Assembly: GCF_006345805.1 (NCBI RefSeq)
Contig: NW_021833805.1
Span: 1 to 56,114, forward strand
Direction of reading: 5' to 3'
Length of the DNA: 56,114 nucleotides
Origin: Octopus sinensis
Taxonomy: Eukaryota
How positions within the stretch are numbered: position 1 is the stretch's first letter; each line of letters opens with the position of its first letter. The position numbers and the translations under genes were made by a program. Positions 14,481 to 25,817 of the stretch are shown here, in pieces. The notes under the pieces are model-generated. The model saw nothing but the letters and a program-made list of their open reading frames with translations, did no database searches and had not been told where the DNA came from.

Positions 14481-15039
14481 CCACACATATCTTTGTATAT
14501 ATTATATATATTTTCATCTTTACATTCATTATGCCAATAGTTTCATTTCGCTTCTCATGTGAAGCTGATTGTGGCCAATTATCTTTGGTCAGTCACAATT
14601 AATCGCAATTAGCTACTACTTTCATCTACACTCTCCCCCAGCGCCCCCTCCTACTTATTCTCACCAACACCACCGGGATTAATAAAAACAACAACGCCAC
14701 CATTGATGTGACGACCACCACCACCACCACCACTGCCGCCGTCACCATCTAGCATGTACCGCCATCTATCATTCCAACCACTGTGCCATTTGTTACCATC
14801 ACAACCACATAATCACCACCACCACCACCACCACCACCACCACCACCACCACAACAACAACAACAACACTATCGCCATCGCCGTCGCTCTCAGAAACTAC
14901 CACAATCGACAGCAGCAGGATCAACAGTAGGATCATCAGCAGCAGCACTACAACCATAACAGCACCACCACCACCACCACCACTCCAGCGCCGCCGCCGC
15001 CGCCGCCGCCACTAACATCATCTTCATAGTCATTGTCAT

Positions 15040-15230
15040 CATTCATTCCTCTCTTTTTCCTCCTCTCCTCCTCCTCTCCTCCTCCTTCTATCCTCCTCCT
15101 CCCTCTATCCTCCTCGCTTTCTCCCTCTCCCTCCGCGCCCCTCCCTTCCCCTCCCTTCCCCTTCCCCTCCTCCTCCTCTCCTCCTCCCCTCCCCTCCCTT
15201 CTTAAACTCCTCTTCCTCCTCCTCCTCTTC
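15040..15230. repeat. Homopyrimidine/homopurine (CCT/CCCT) low-complexity tract
   Basis: Almost pure C/T on the plus strand, giving multiple G3-G4 runs on the minus strand. Confidence 0.9.
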
Positions 15231-15684
15231 ATCATTAGCCGCACTAGTAGCAGTAGCCATGAATAGTTTACACGTACACGCGCGCGCATAGCTTGCTTTG
15301 CTAATGACCAATTCACCACATTCATCCGTATAAAATATTGCCATATAATTATGTATAGACATGTGGATCTTCACTTGGCACCTAATTACCACAACGTGGA
15401 CTCTAAACCTCCACATGGTACTTATTTACAACAATGTGAAATGTACTATACAACCCCATGGTACCTATATAAAAATAAGTGGATTGTAACGCAGCTATTC
15501 ACAGTTAGATGGACTGTACCTCCACATGGAGCCTATTTGCAGCAAGGTTACTCTAGGGTACCGCTACAAAGTACCTATTCGCAACTAAGCAGAATGCATT
15601 TTATCTCCACATGGAGCCAGCAGGCCTATGGACCGTGCCTCCATAAGGTGCCTACACAGAGTTAAGTGGACAGTATCGTAGCTG

Positions 15685-16600
15685 TACTTACTTAACTGAT
15701 TTACTTAATCTTTTCATTTCATGTGACGCATAGGCCATCAACGACTTTTGTCATGTTCGCAACTCTGGGCTGTCTTTGTCACTTGGGCTGTCCTCAACAC
15801 TAGGCTGTCCTCGACACTGGTCTGTCCTCAACTCTGCGCTGTCTTCGACTCTGCGCTGTCTTCTACTCTTGGATGTCTTCTACTCTGGACTACCTTCGAC
15901 TATAGGCTGCCTTTGACTCTGGGCTGTCTTCGACTCTGCGATGTTCTCAACTCTGGTCTGACCTACTCTGGACTCTCTTCGACTCTGGGTTGTCTTCAAC
16001 TCTGGGCTCTCCTCAACACTAGGCTGTCCTCGACACTGGTCTGTCCTCGACTCTGCGCTGTCTTCGACTCTGGGATGTTCTCAACTCTGGGCTGATCTCG
16101 ACTCTCGACTCTCTTTGACTCTGGGCTGATCTCGACTCTCGACTCTCTTTGACTCTGGGCTACCTTCATCTCTGGCCTGCCTTCGACTCTCGGCTGCCTT
16201 CGACTCTCGGCTGCCTTCGACTCTCGGCTGCCTTCGACTCTCGGCTGCCTTCGACTCTCGGCTGCCTTCGACTCTCGGCTGTCCTCCATTCTGGACTGTC
16301 TTCGACACTGAGCTGTCTCTCCAGTTGGTACCCTACTTTTGACATTCGTGACTGAGTGAAGGCCTTCCTATACCAGAACTTGTTGGTTTTGAATTATTAT
16401 CCATGCTTCTGTAACTTTATATTATTTCTAGACAGGGGTGTTGATCCAAACCTACTTTTACTTCTGGGAAGGGTTGGCACATATCAGTTTTACCTCTTTT
16501 GTTGGTTTCTCCAACATAGAGTATCTTTCAGGAGCTTGTACTCCGCTAGCATAACTCTCATAGTCATTGCGGCATAAAGCCACTACACTGCAACAATGGG
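15685..16600 (-). mobile_element. Degenerate RTE-clade LINE 3' end, interrupted by a 17-bp satellite
   Basis: The minus strand gives traces of VWIN..., GRP and GTNW..TAQ before the array, and KVVDGLCVT* plus an (AGTA)-type tail after it. This matches the RTE terminal pattern WIGH...GRP...W...AQDR..WR..V..LC. Confidence 0.55.
15760..16318. repeat. 17-bp minisatellite (ctctgggctgtcttcga / ctcggctgccttcgact), ~33 units
   Basis: Clear 17-bp periodicity. A variant block recurs 219 bp apart (15802 and 16021). Confidence 0.95.
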
Positions 16601-16832
16601 CCTTGCCATGGGCATCGTGCCTATACCACGTACTTATTTACCGCTTGGTGGGCTCCACATGGTACCTCATTACATTAATAAACTGCGGCACATCTCCACT
16701 GCTACTTACTTACTTGGAGTCAGTTGAGCCAGATCCCATCAAAGTCCACGTTTGAAATTTCAGTAGTAATACAAGTTGACACGTGGTTTCTGGTAACATG
16801 CATGCACAATTTGGGATAGTATGATCCGCAGT

Positions 16833-17050
16833 GGAGGCGCGTGGCTTAGTGGTTGGGGGGTATTGGACTCATGAGCGTAAGATTGTGGTTTCGATTCCTG
16901 GACAGGGCGACGCGTTGTATTCTTGAGCAAAACACTTCATTTCACTTTGCTCCAAATCAACTCGGCTGTAAAAAAAAATGAGTAATCCTGCGAAGGACCG
17001 GTTTCCGGTCCAGATGGAGGAGTTTATACGCCATGGAAAGCGGGAAACCT
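16833..17050 (+). mobile_element. tRNA-derived SINE family C
   Basis: ggaggcgcgtggcttagtggtt...ggtttcgattcctgg...ttcttgagcaaaacacttcatttcac. Confidence 0.88.
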
Positions 17051-17761
17051 GAGCAGACGCAACCTGGATTTGAAGCGACTTCTAAAGACATGCTTTAATA
17101 AATGTTAAGGGGTGCCGCACAACAAGTGACCATCCAGCACTCCGGATATCGACCCGGGATTTCTGAGAGCTCGCCTCCACATGGTACCTTTTTACAGTAA
17201 AGCAAACTGATTGTGGCTTTGCATAATAACTATTTACAGCAAAGTGGACGATATAATAACTCCTTATAGTAACCATTTCCAACTGAACAGACTGCATCTC
17301 ACTGTGGTACATCCACGTATTATCTATTTAACAAGTAGGTGTAGCAGAATAAGTCATTCTTTTAATTTGCTCCATCTTACAATTGTAATTCAATAAGAAC
17401 CTTTACGAATGTCGTTCGTTAGCTTGTGGAGGCCAAATAAGACGGGAACGTGCCCATCGTTATCATTGTACATACTGATGATTTCACTAACTTCATGCTA
17501 CAAGTTTCTATTCAATTTTATAATATTAAATTGGATTTCGTTATTTGGATTTTAGAATTGTCACTTTCTATGACAATTCGTGTTTGTGTATAAGTGTGCT
17601 TATAATAATATGTATGTATGCATGTATGTATGTATGTATGTATGTATGTATGTATGTATGTATGTATGTATGTATGTACGTATCTATCTCTCTATCTATC
17701 TGTCTGTTTGCCTGTAGTGTCAGTCCGTCCGTCTATCCATCTATCTATTTATTTATCCATT

Positions 17762-17802
<41 letters not shown>

Positions 17803-17980
17803 GAAAGGAGACAGAGCAACCGAGAAAGAGAAGCTGAAAGCTTAAAGAGATACACAAATATATACAAGCACATATCTACATCTATCTATCTATCTATCTA
17901 TCTATATATATATATATGTGTGTGTGTGTGTATGCGTGCGTGTATGTATATATGTATGTATGTATGCATGTATGCATGTG

Positions 17981-18013
<33 letters not shown>

Positions 18014-18485
18014 GTGTGTGTGTATGGATATATAAATATATATATATATAATATATATATATATATATGATATGATATATAATGCATAATATATGATTTA
18101 TATGCATATCATCTTTGTGTATGTGTGTATACACACAGAAAGTCTGTGTGGGCACTCCTACGCACACATCATATTCTCAAGCATACACACTTTTATGAAA
18201 TGATGGGGAGAAATAGATGCAATTGCTTACAAATAGAAATAATGCATCTTTTCAAGGAATTTGGTAAATAATCTACGCACGCACACACACACACGCACAC
18301 ACACACACACACACACACATATACGCACACACACACATGCCGATATACACGCATGATCGCAGACAAATGTATCAATTTTGGATATAGTCGTATTTCTCTC
18401 TGTCACTTTCCCAATGCTCTTTCTTTATACATGTGTGTGTGTGTGTGTGGTGTGTGTGTGTATGTCTGTGTCTATGTGTGTGTTG

Positions 18486-18516
<31 letters not shown>

Positions 18517-18764
18517 TGTGTACGTGCGTGCGTGTGGCCACTAGAAGCATGAAACTCATAAGGCTCATCTTAATTCATCTAATCGAGGCATTTATTCACG
18601 GAATACTCTCCAAATAATTAAGCGCAATTAAGCAGTGTGCCTTTATATAATTCTATCTATCCATCTCTCTCTCCTCCCTCCTCTCTCTCTCTATTCTCTA
18701 TATATCTATCTACCTATCTATCTATTTGTCTGTATGTATGTATGCCATTCTGTTTGTCTGTCTG

Positions 18765-18876
<112 letters not shown>

Positions 18877-18884
18877 ATATATAT

Positions 18885-18916
<32 letters not shown>

Positions 18917-19169
18917 CACATACAAATATATGTATCTACATATGTATATATTTATGCATATCTATATATATAGACAAACACAGACACACAAACACATACA
19001 TACCTATACATCCATATATACATATATATATATATATCAATTAAGAGAAAGAAAGACTTCCACATATGCACACATTTTATATATGCCACAGCAACGCTTC
19101 CACACACACATACATATACAACTACGTAGAGACACGCGTATATATGTATGTGTGTGTGTGTATTTTAAA

Positions 19170-19204
<35 letters not shown>

Positions 19205-20048
19205 ATATATGTATATACACTCATACATACATGCATACATACATAAATATAAATATACATGTATATATGTTCATACATATAATACATTCATAGAGGCATG
19301 TATATCGATGCACATACAAGCAGGCATACATTTATAAGTAAAGGCAATAAAGTAGATAGAAAGCGTTAGGAGGAAGCAAGTAAAGAGGGAGGCAGAGGGT
19401 GAGAGAGAAAGAGAGAGAGATGTAATGATATACGCTCATACATATATCATTGTGTCCATAACATCGTGTTGTTAAAGCCACTAATTTTGGCAATCAACCA
19501 AAGATGAAGAGTGGAGAGGCAGCCATGATAGCCTCGTTCTGGAGCCAACTGGTAATTTTCGTCTGATGAAATTTTTTCATTGAAATATAATGGCAGCGTT
19601 CTCCAACATGCCTATTTGACCCCTGACTTGCGGAAACCATGCAGTTGAGACGATAGACAGCCATATTATATATATATACATATATGCAGAAAGAGAGAGA
19701 GAGAGAGATGAGGAAAAACAGTAGAAGAGAGAAAGAAAAATAGTGAGGGTATGAAAGTGAATGAGAAGAAAGAGTTGGAGATAGAAAAAATGAGATGGAT
19801 ACATATACATAAAAACATACATACACATATATATGTGTGTGTATGTGTGAATATATATATACATATATTAATACATATATATATATACACACAACATACA
19901 CATCCGCAGATATTCCTACGTAGCACCCTTATATATTTCATATGTATATCTATATTATATATATATAATATATATATATATCTATATAATATATATAAAT
20001 AAATATATTATATATACGCATATACGCCCACATATAGGCATATGTGCG

Positions 20049-20080
<32 letters not shown>

Positions 20081-20249
20081 ATATATATATATATAATATA
20101 TATATATATACATATAAAGAAAATGAGGGAGAGAGTATGAGGTGGGAATTAGATGGCAAATAGAGAAGGGTGGAAGAAGCGATGGAGAGATAGATATGTC
20201 GCGGAAGTACTGAGAAAAAATGACGCTCACATATACACAGTTAAACAGC

Positions 20250-20304
<55 letters not shown>

Positions 20305-20786
20305 GGGGAAAGAGGTATGGTAGCTGGAGTAGCAAAAGATTTTCACATTCAAAGTGAGAGATATTCAGCAAGATATCAAATTGATTAATTTATGTCAGAA
20401 TTATCGTTTGAAATCAACAATATATGTGTACGAAATCTAACCGTGTCGTTCGCTTATTATATTGCATCAGAACACATCTCGCAAATCTGTTCAAGATGAG
20501 TTCAAGATGGAAATAAGCACTAGCAGCTTAGTATTGATGATGTGCACTCCAGCGTTTTGATCGGGGCTGATGAGATTGTTGTTGCTATTGCTGTTATTGT
20601 TTAGCCCCATATAAACCCTAGTCGTAGATAATTCGCTCACGGTGTCATACAGAAAGAATGAATTTTGCAATTTTGTGTTGTATTATATGTATTGGCTTGA
20701 AATTTTGGCTCGTAGCCAGTATTTTCTGGGGGATGGGGATTAGTCTATTACATCGACTCCATTGCTCAACTGGTACTATTTTATCG

Positions 20787-20978
20787 GAGGACCTAGCCCG
20801 AATGCTAGCAACAGAGTAAACTCCGTTAAAAACACTCAGGGACCAGATTGTGGTGTTCAACTGGGCGACGACTCAAATCTGCCACTATTTGTTTCGACAA
20901 TGAAACTTGATTAACATTACAAATTAAATGGATATATACAATTTTAATGTAGCAATGTTTTGCTGGACTACAGAATAC
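20787..20978 (+). repeat. Unclassified ~190-bp repeat followed by (TACA)n, copy 1
   Basis: Homologous to 22322-22515; shared core gtggtgttcaactgggcgacgactcaa.tctgccactatttg.ttcgacaatgaaa. Confidence 0.85.
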
Positions 20979-21089
20979 ATACATACATACATACATACAT
21001 ACATGCATACATACATACATACATACATACATACATACATACATACATACATACATACATACATACATACATACATACATACATACATA

Positions 21090-21540
21090 ACAGACTGTCC
21101 TGAAATAAACTTAGGAAATCCCTCTGTTATGGAATACATAAGCACCAACTCAAGGAATACTGATGGAATATTCCCATCAAAACTTCTATCAAATGTAAAT
21201 ATAACAGGCCGGATATTGATGTTTGGGACAGAAGGGCAAACATATGTACCAACATAGAGGTCATTTGCCCACCAGATACAAATATCTCTTGGAAATCAAA
21301 GAAAAGGAGGATATCTAAGGACAACTGCTTCGAAACCTCCAGCTTCAACGTCCAGACTATGAATTCATATTCATAACAATAATGATTGGAGCGCTAGGTT
21401 TTGTTAATAAATGTTTAAAGTAGAATCTGGATAAACTGGGATTTTCAGAAAGAGAAATCGACCGCCTAATTCGTACATTACAAGTCCAATCTGTGAGTGG
21501 AACAGTAAAAATATGCAAGACTTTTCTTAAGTTTCAATTG
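21090..21540 (+). mobile_element. RLE-type (R2-group) LINE 3' end, distinct from the Dong-like family
   Basis: KTSIKCKYNRPDIDVWDRR...IEVICPPDTN (PD...E catalytic motif), then IMIGALG and LQVQSVSGTVKICKTFLKF. Confidence 0.85.
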
Positions 21541-21644
21541 TGGATTTGCCTGTGTTAATTTCATCCCAAATATGGAGCATTGTATCTTTATTGCAAACCG
21601 GCACATATGCACATACATAGGATGAAAGGCACATATACATACAC

Positions 21645-21785
21645 ACGACGGGCTTCAGCACAGTTTCCGTCTATCATTGTCACTCACAAGGCTTTGGTCG
21701 GGCAGGTGTTAAAGAAGAAGTCACTCTCCGAAGGTGCTAGGTAGAGGAACTGAACTAAAAACCACGTGGTTGAAAATCGAACTTA
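21645..21785 (-). mobile_element. SINE family B 5' half, degenerate
   Basis: acgacgggcttc...cagtttccgtcta...cactcacaaggctttggtcgg. Confidence 0.75.
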
Positions 21786-22321
21786 AAATTCACCAGCAGC
21801 TTTCAGGTTGAGTGACAGGGATCCCTTTGTTGGTCTGAGTGTATATATGATCAGCGACCACAACTGGTATGAGAGTTAAATATTAAGGATTAAACACCAG
21901 GCACCAAAGATCATAAGTGAAGCTATTATGGATATAAATAGCTCACTGTCTGTCTAAAGATCTAAACATGGCGTGCAGTGGTCACTATGCATTCCAGAGA
22001 AGAGATTGAATTAGTATTATTCGTTTTCGAGCTAAAATTTTCATCTCATCTCTGCATGCGTAATTAATGAAAGTCCTGGAGGAGTTATCGTTCCTCAGCT
22101 TTGATCACATTTAATTAACAATAGTAATTAAATTGATTAATAAATGTCTGGCGCGTTAACAGTGTTTTTGTTTCAATAATATACTAAACTATACTGAATA
22201 TATCAATAAATTTTTATCAATAGATTTCTATACAATTAGTGAAATTGAAAGAGAAGTAAACATAACACTTTATGAAAGTTCGATTTATTAGTGAGAGAGC
22301 AGGATGAATGTATTCTCAAAA

Positions 22322-22515
22322 GAGGACTTGGCCCGAATGCTGGCAACAGAGTGAACTACGTTAAGGATGCTCAGGAACAATATCGTGGTGTTCAACTGGG
22401 CGACGACTCAAGTCTGCCACTATTTGCTTCGACAATGAAATTTGATTAACATTAAAAATTGAATTGATTTACACAATTTTAATGTAGCAATGCTATGCTG
22501 TACTACATAAATACA
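22322..22515 (+). repeat. Unclassified ~190-bp repeat followed by TACA-rich tail, copy 2
   Basis: Homologous to 20787-20978 at an offset of ~1535 bp. Confidence 0.85.
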
Positions 22516-22624
22516 TAGGTACATACTTACATACATGCATATACACATACATACATACACACATACATACATACATACATACATACACACGAAAATACAC
22601 ACATACACACGAAAATACATACAT

Positions 22625-22690
<66 letters not shown>

Positions 22691-22732
22691 CTATATATAT
22701 ATATCAGGCGTTGCCGTGTAGTAAGAAGCTTG

Positions 22733-23060
22733 AAGGTGGCAAGCTGGCAGAAACGTTAGCATGCCGGGCAAAATGCTTAGCAGTATTTCGTCTGCCGTTA
22801 CTTTCTGAGTTCAAATTCCGCCGAGGTCGACTTTGCCTTTCATCCTTTCAGGGTCGATAAATTAAGTACCAGTTACGCACTGCGGTCGATGTAATCGACT
22901 AATACCTTTGTCTGTCCTTGTTTGTCCCTTCTATGTTTAGCCCCTTGTGGGCGATAAATAAATAAGAAATTTACTTCCCAACCACATGCTTCCGGGTTCA
23001 GTCTCACTGCGTGGGACCTTAGGCAAGCGTCATCTACGAAAGCCTTGAGCTAACCAATTC
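22733..23060 (+). mobile_element. SINE family A (22733-22965) followed by a partial family B head
   Basis: ctggcagaaacgttagcatgccgggcaaaatgcttagc...gttcaaattccgccgaggtcgac; then ccaaccacatgcttccgggttcagtc. Confidence 0.88.
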
Positions 23061-23064
23061 ACGA

Positions 23065-23290
23065 AAAGTGAAGGTCTGCAAATCTAACGGAGGCATCAAA
23101 AGATATTTTAAAACCCACAGGGATCAGAACTTATCTGCAGCTCTTGGTGGTCCAAATTGGATATGCAATCTATGTGGGTGTCTTTTCAGAACATTGTCTG
23201 GTTTAAAAAGCCACATCAGATGCCATGATGGTTCTAAGGTGTCGGTACAGGAGGTGGTCAAACTCTGAATAAGGATTAGACAACCACCAT
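23065..23290 (+). mobile_element. RTE-like LINE extreme 3' end with C2H2 zinc finger(s)
   Basis: ORF 23068-23268 contains CKSNGGIKRYFKTH and CNLC-x12-HIRCH (C-x2-C-x12-H-x3-H). It is homologous to the end of the adjacent minus-strand RTE. Confidence 0.75.
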
Positions 23291-23324
23291 TATATATATA
23301 TATATATATTATTATTATTATTAT

Positions 23325-23947
23325 GGCTGCCCCCTCGTTATCGAGTATGGCCATTGCACGAAGCTTAACTGATACTGGTGCTGTGATCGAATGTGACTTT
23401 TTAGCCCAGCTAAAGATCTATAATGTCTTGTACAAAATTGGCAACTAAAACCTTTACTGGTAATAGCCGGCTGTAGTTGTAACTGGGCTTCATGTACCTT
23501 TGCATGTCGTTTAAGTCCTCCTGCCGAATTACACTCTCTTCCAGATGCCCGACAGATATGATTAGTGTGGTGTGTCACACCACCACCAGTGGCCAGGTTG
23601 TCATTCATCTGTCTCGTTTTATGACTACGAAGATGACTCATGAGTCCAGCTTATATGAGGCAGGGTCTTGCACAGACATTGCATATCAGAATCAAAGGAA
23701 GACCCTTCCCTTCTGGAAGTGTAACAGCGATGCCCTTCCTGACATCCCTCCTTACTTTCTCATGTGCAACTCGAGATTTCTCAAACGTGGCTGTCCCCTC
23801 ATGCACAATCCTTCTCCACCTGCTACGATCAATAGCTATGCCTTCCCATGTGTCAGGAGAGATGCAAGCATCTCTTAAGGAAGCCTTCAGCAAGTCCTTA
23901 TAGCTCTTTTTGGTTTATGTGGAGATCGTACTCCTTTAGCTAACTCT
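23325..23947 (-). mobile_element. RTE LINE 3' end with three tandem C2H2-like fingers; one in-frame stop
   Basis: ELAKGVRSPHKPKKSYKDLLKASL...TWE.IA.DRSRWR (RTE signature), then CNVC-x12-HLRSH, a degenerate second finger ECNSAGGLKRHAKVH and CQFC-x12-HIRSQH. ORFs 23651-23893 and 23321-23641 are in the same frame. (TAA)n tail. Confidence 0.9.
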
Positions 23948-23956
23948 TCTTAAAAG

Positions 23957-24031
<75 letters not shown>

Positions 24032-24389
24032 ACACACACAATTACATACATGTGTAAATATATGTATAAATATATATGGGTATTTTCAAGATTAGATAAA
24101 AAGAAAACAACAAACGGAAAAGTTGTGGTGTAGTAAATAAACATACGAACATATACTAAATACATAGGTGAACAGAAAACAGAGAAGGTCACAAACTCCC
24201 CATTAGTTATCGGCCAGAGGCTCAAACACAGTTTCGGCCATTATTTGTATATGGTGGTGGTGGTGGTGGGGGATGGGGGGCTTATGTCTGTGTTTGTTCC
24301 CATCCGTCGCTTGATTACTGGTTTTGGTAGGTTTATATTCCCCGTAACGTTCAGCAAAAGAGACAGATAGTATAAGTATCAGGTATAGA

Positions 24390-24480
24390 TATAGGGCAAA
24401 AAATTACTAATTTAATAATTAATAAATTTTACCAAGTAGTTTCGGTATGGAAAAAAACCATTATCGTTAAAAACTTGTAT
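24390..24480 (-). mobile_element. Possible Penelope-like pLTR relic with a decayed hammerhead motif
   Basis: The minus strand reads TTAACGA...CCATACCGAAACTACTTGGTAAAA: GAAAC, a short stem III and a GUA site, but the core and stem II are eroded. Confidence 0.3.
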
Positions 24481-25198
24481 AAAAAGTATTTTTTTTATAT
24501 AATTATAGATATAATTTAGGGTTTAGCAACAAGTTGCTTCACCACATACCGAAAATTTAAAATAGCTGTCAACGACAGCTAGTTCTTTTAACTACAAAAT
24601 ATGACTGCACAGACAACAATATTTGTAACTCACATAGGCGAAAAGAAGAAAAATAACGAAATAAAACCGTCTACGATTAATTATGGACGCATTTCTGGAT
24701 TAAAATTAAAAGAATTCATTGAGTCGCTGTCTCCCTCTCTTCATTACAACTAATTTTAATTAATTGAAATATTTTTCTCATTAGGTTAAGTACTACATCA
24801 TTAAGAGGCAGCCACTTGACTATTGTGTTACATGTGAATGGCGTCCGCCTCACTCATTATGGATCACGTAATTTGTATATTCAATGAAAATGGCTTCCAT
24901 AAGCTTCCTGCGTCGCCGTTCTCTAATATTAGGGTAAGTTTATTATTATTATTATTTTGTTTCTCTTGTCTAACGCCTAAATTTGTCCCGATTGACCCGA
25001 TCTAAACACAAAAGTACTTTAGAAGTAACCGTCGTCTACGAATAGTGCATTGTGGACTACACGATCAAATGTTAAATGCTAGGAAGGACTCGGTATTTCG
25101 TTTTGCGACCATAATATGCTAGCAAGTATATTAAGGGTTTACGACTCAACATTGTGTCGTACTTTTTGTGTTAGCAGTGCGATATTTTTACTTTTAGC

Positions 25199-25327
25199 TT
25201 TTATGCCTATAGATTTTCTATAGAGTTCAGAGCCAGCATTCAAATTATGACGGTTCGTATACGTATACGAAACGTTGTAATTTGCAGTGCCGGTTTTGAA
25301 TTTTCTAAAAAATCTTTAGGGATAAAA
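25199..25327 (+). other. ~130-nt imperfect palindrome / fold-back
   Basis: Centred at 25262/25263 (tatac|gtata). About 64 paired positions with 6 mismatches, 1 bulge and 7 G-T pairs. Confidence 0.9.
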
Positions 25328-25684
25328 TAGAAAAAGTTAACCCTTGTCCATCCTGTTTCTAAGAACAAAATGACCGTAGAGCGTGATTTGAAGGCGATTT
25401 GGTTTTTCTTTCTAACAGGTCGAGTGTCCATGTAGAAGTTTCTCCGTTTGTTGGTTCTACTGTTTTCCTTACCAAGAATTTAGTTGCATGCTTTTGAAAA
25501 AGGACTATAAATAAATGAATACATAAATATAAAAGGGTTACAGTGTACGTGGTACCCCCATCTTTGCTGACATATATTTGTTGAAGAATTAATGTGGATG
25601 TCTTTGCAGAAGGCTTGTTTTATTACTTTGACGAGTACATTAAATTTAATTTTTTCAGTTTTTCCTTTTCCATCATTTTTCAGT

Positions 25685-25817
25685 TTTTGTAATAATGGTT
25701 TCGAATTTTGGCACAAGACCAGCAATTATTTTGTAATAATGGTTTCGAATTTTGGCACAAGACCAGCAATTATTTTGTACTGGCCTTGTGCTAAAATTCG
25801 AAACCATTATTACAAAA
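25685..25817. repeat. 44-bp tandem duplication plus inverted copy derived from the SINE A 3' end
   Basis: Units start at 25685 and 25729. 25780-25817 is the reverse complement of 25729-25766 (1 G-T pair, 1 mismatch). Confidence 0.92.

Noticed and set aside
15748-16355. Repetitive ORFs on both strands (e.g. ESKAAESRRQPRVEG)
   Set aside because: These are by-products of the 17-bp satellite, whose unit length is not a multiple of 3 and which is open on both strands.
19555-19600. CUGAUGA...GAAA match
   Set aside because: Only a weak 3-bp A-U stem II is possible and no stem I or III can form; chance match.
23068-23641. Host C2H2 zinc-finger gene
   Set aside because: The fingers are in frame with RTE C-terminal motifs, have no TGEKP linkers, contain an internal stop and end in retroelement tails.
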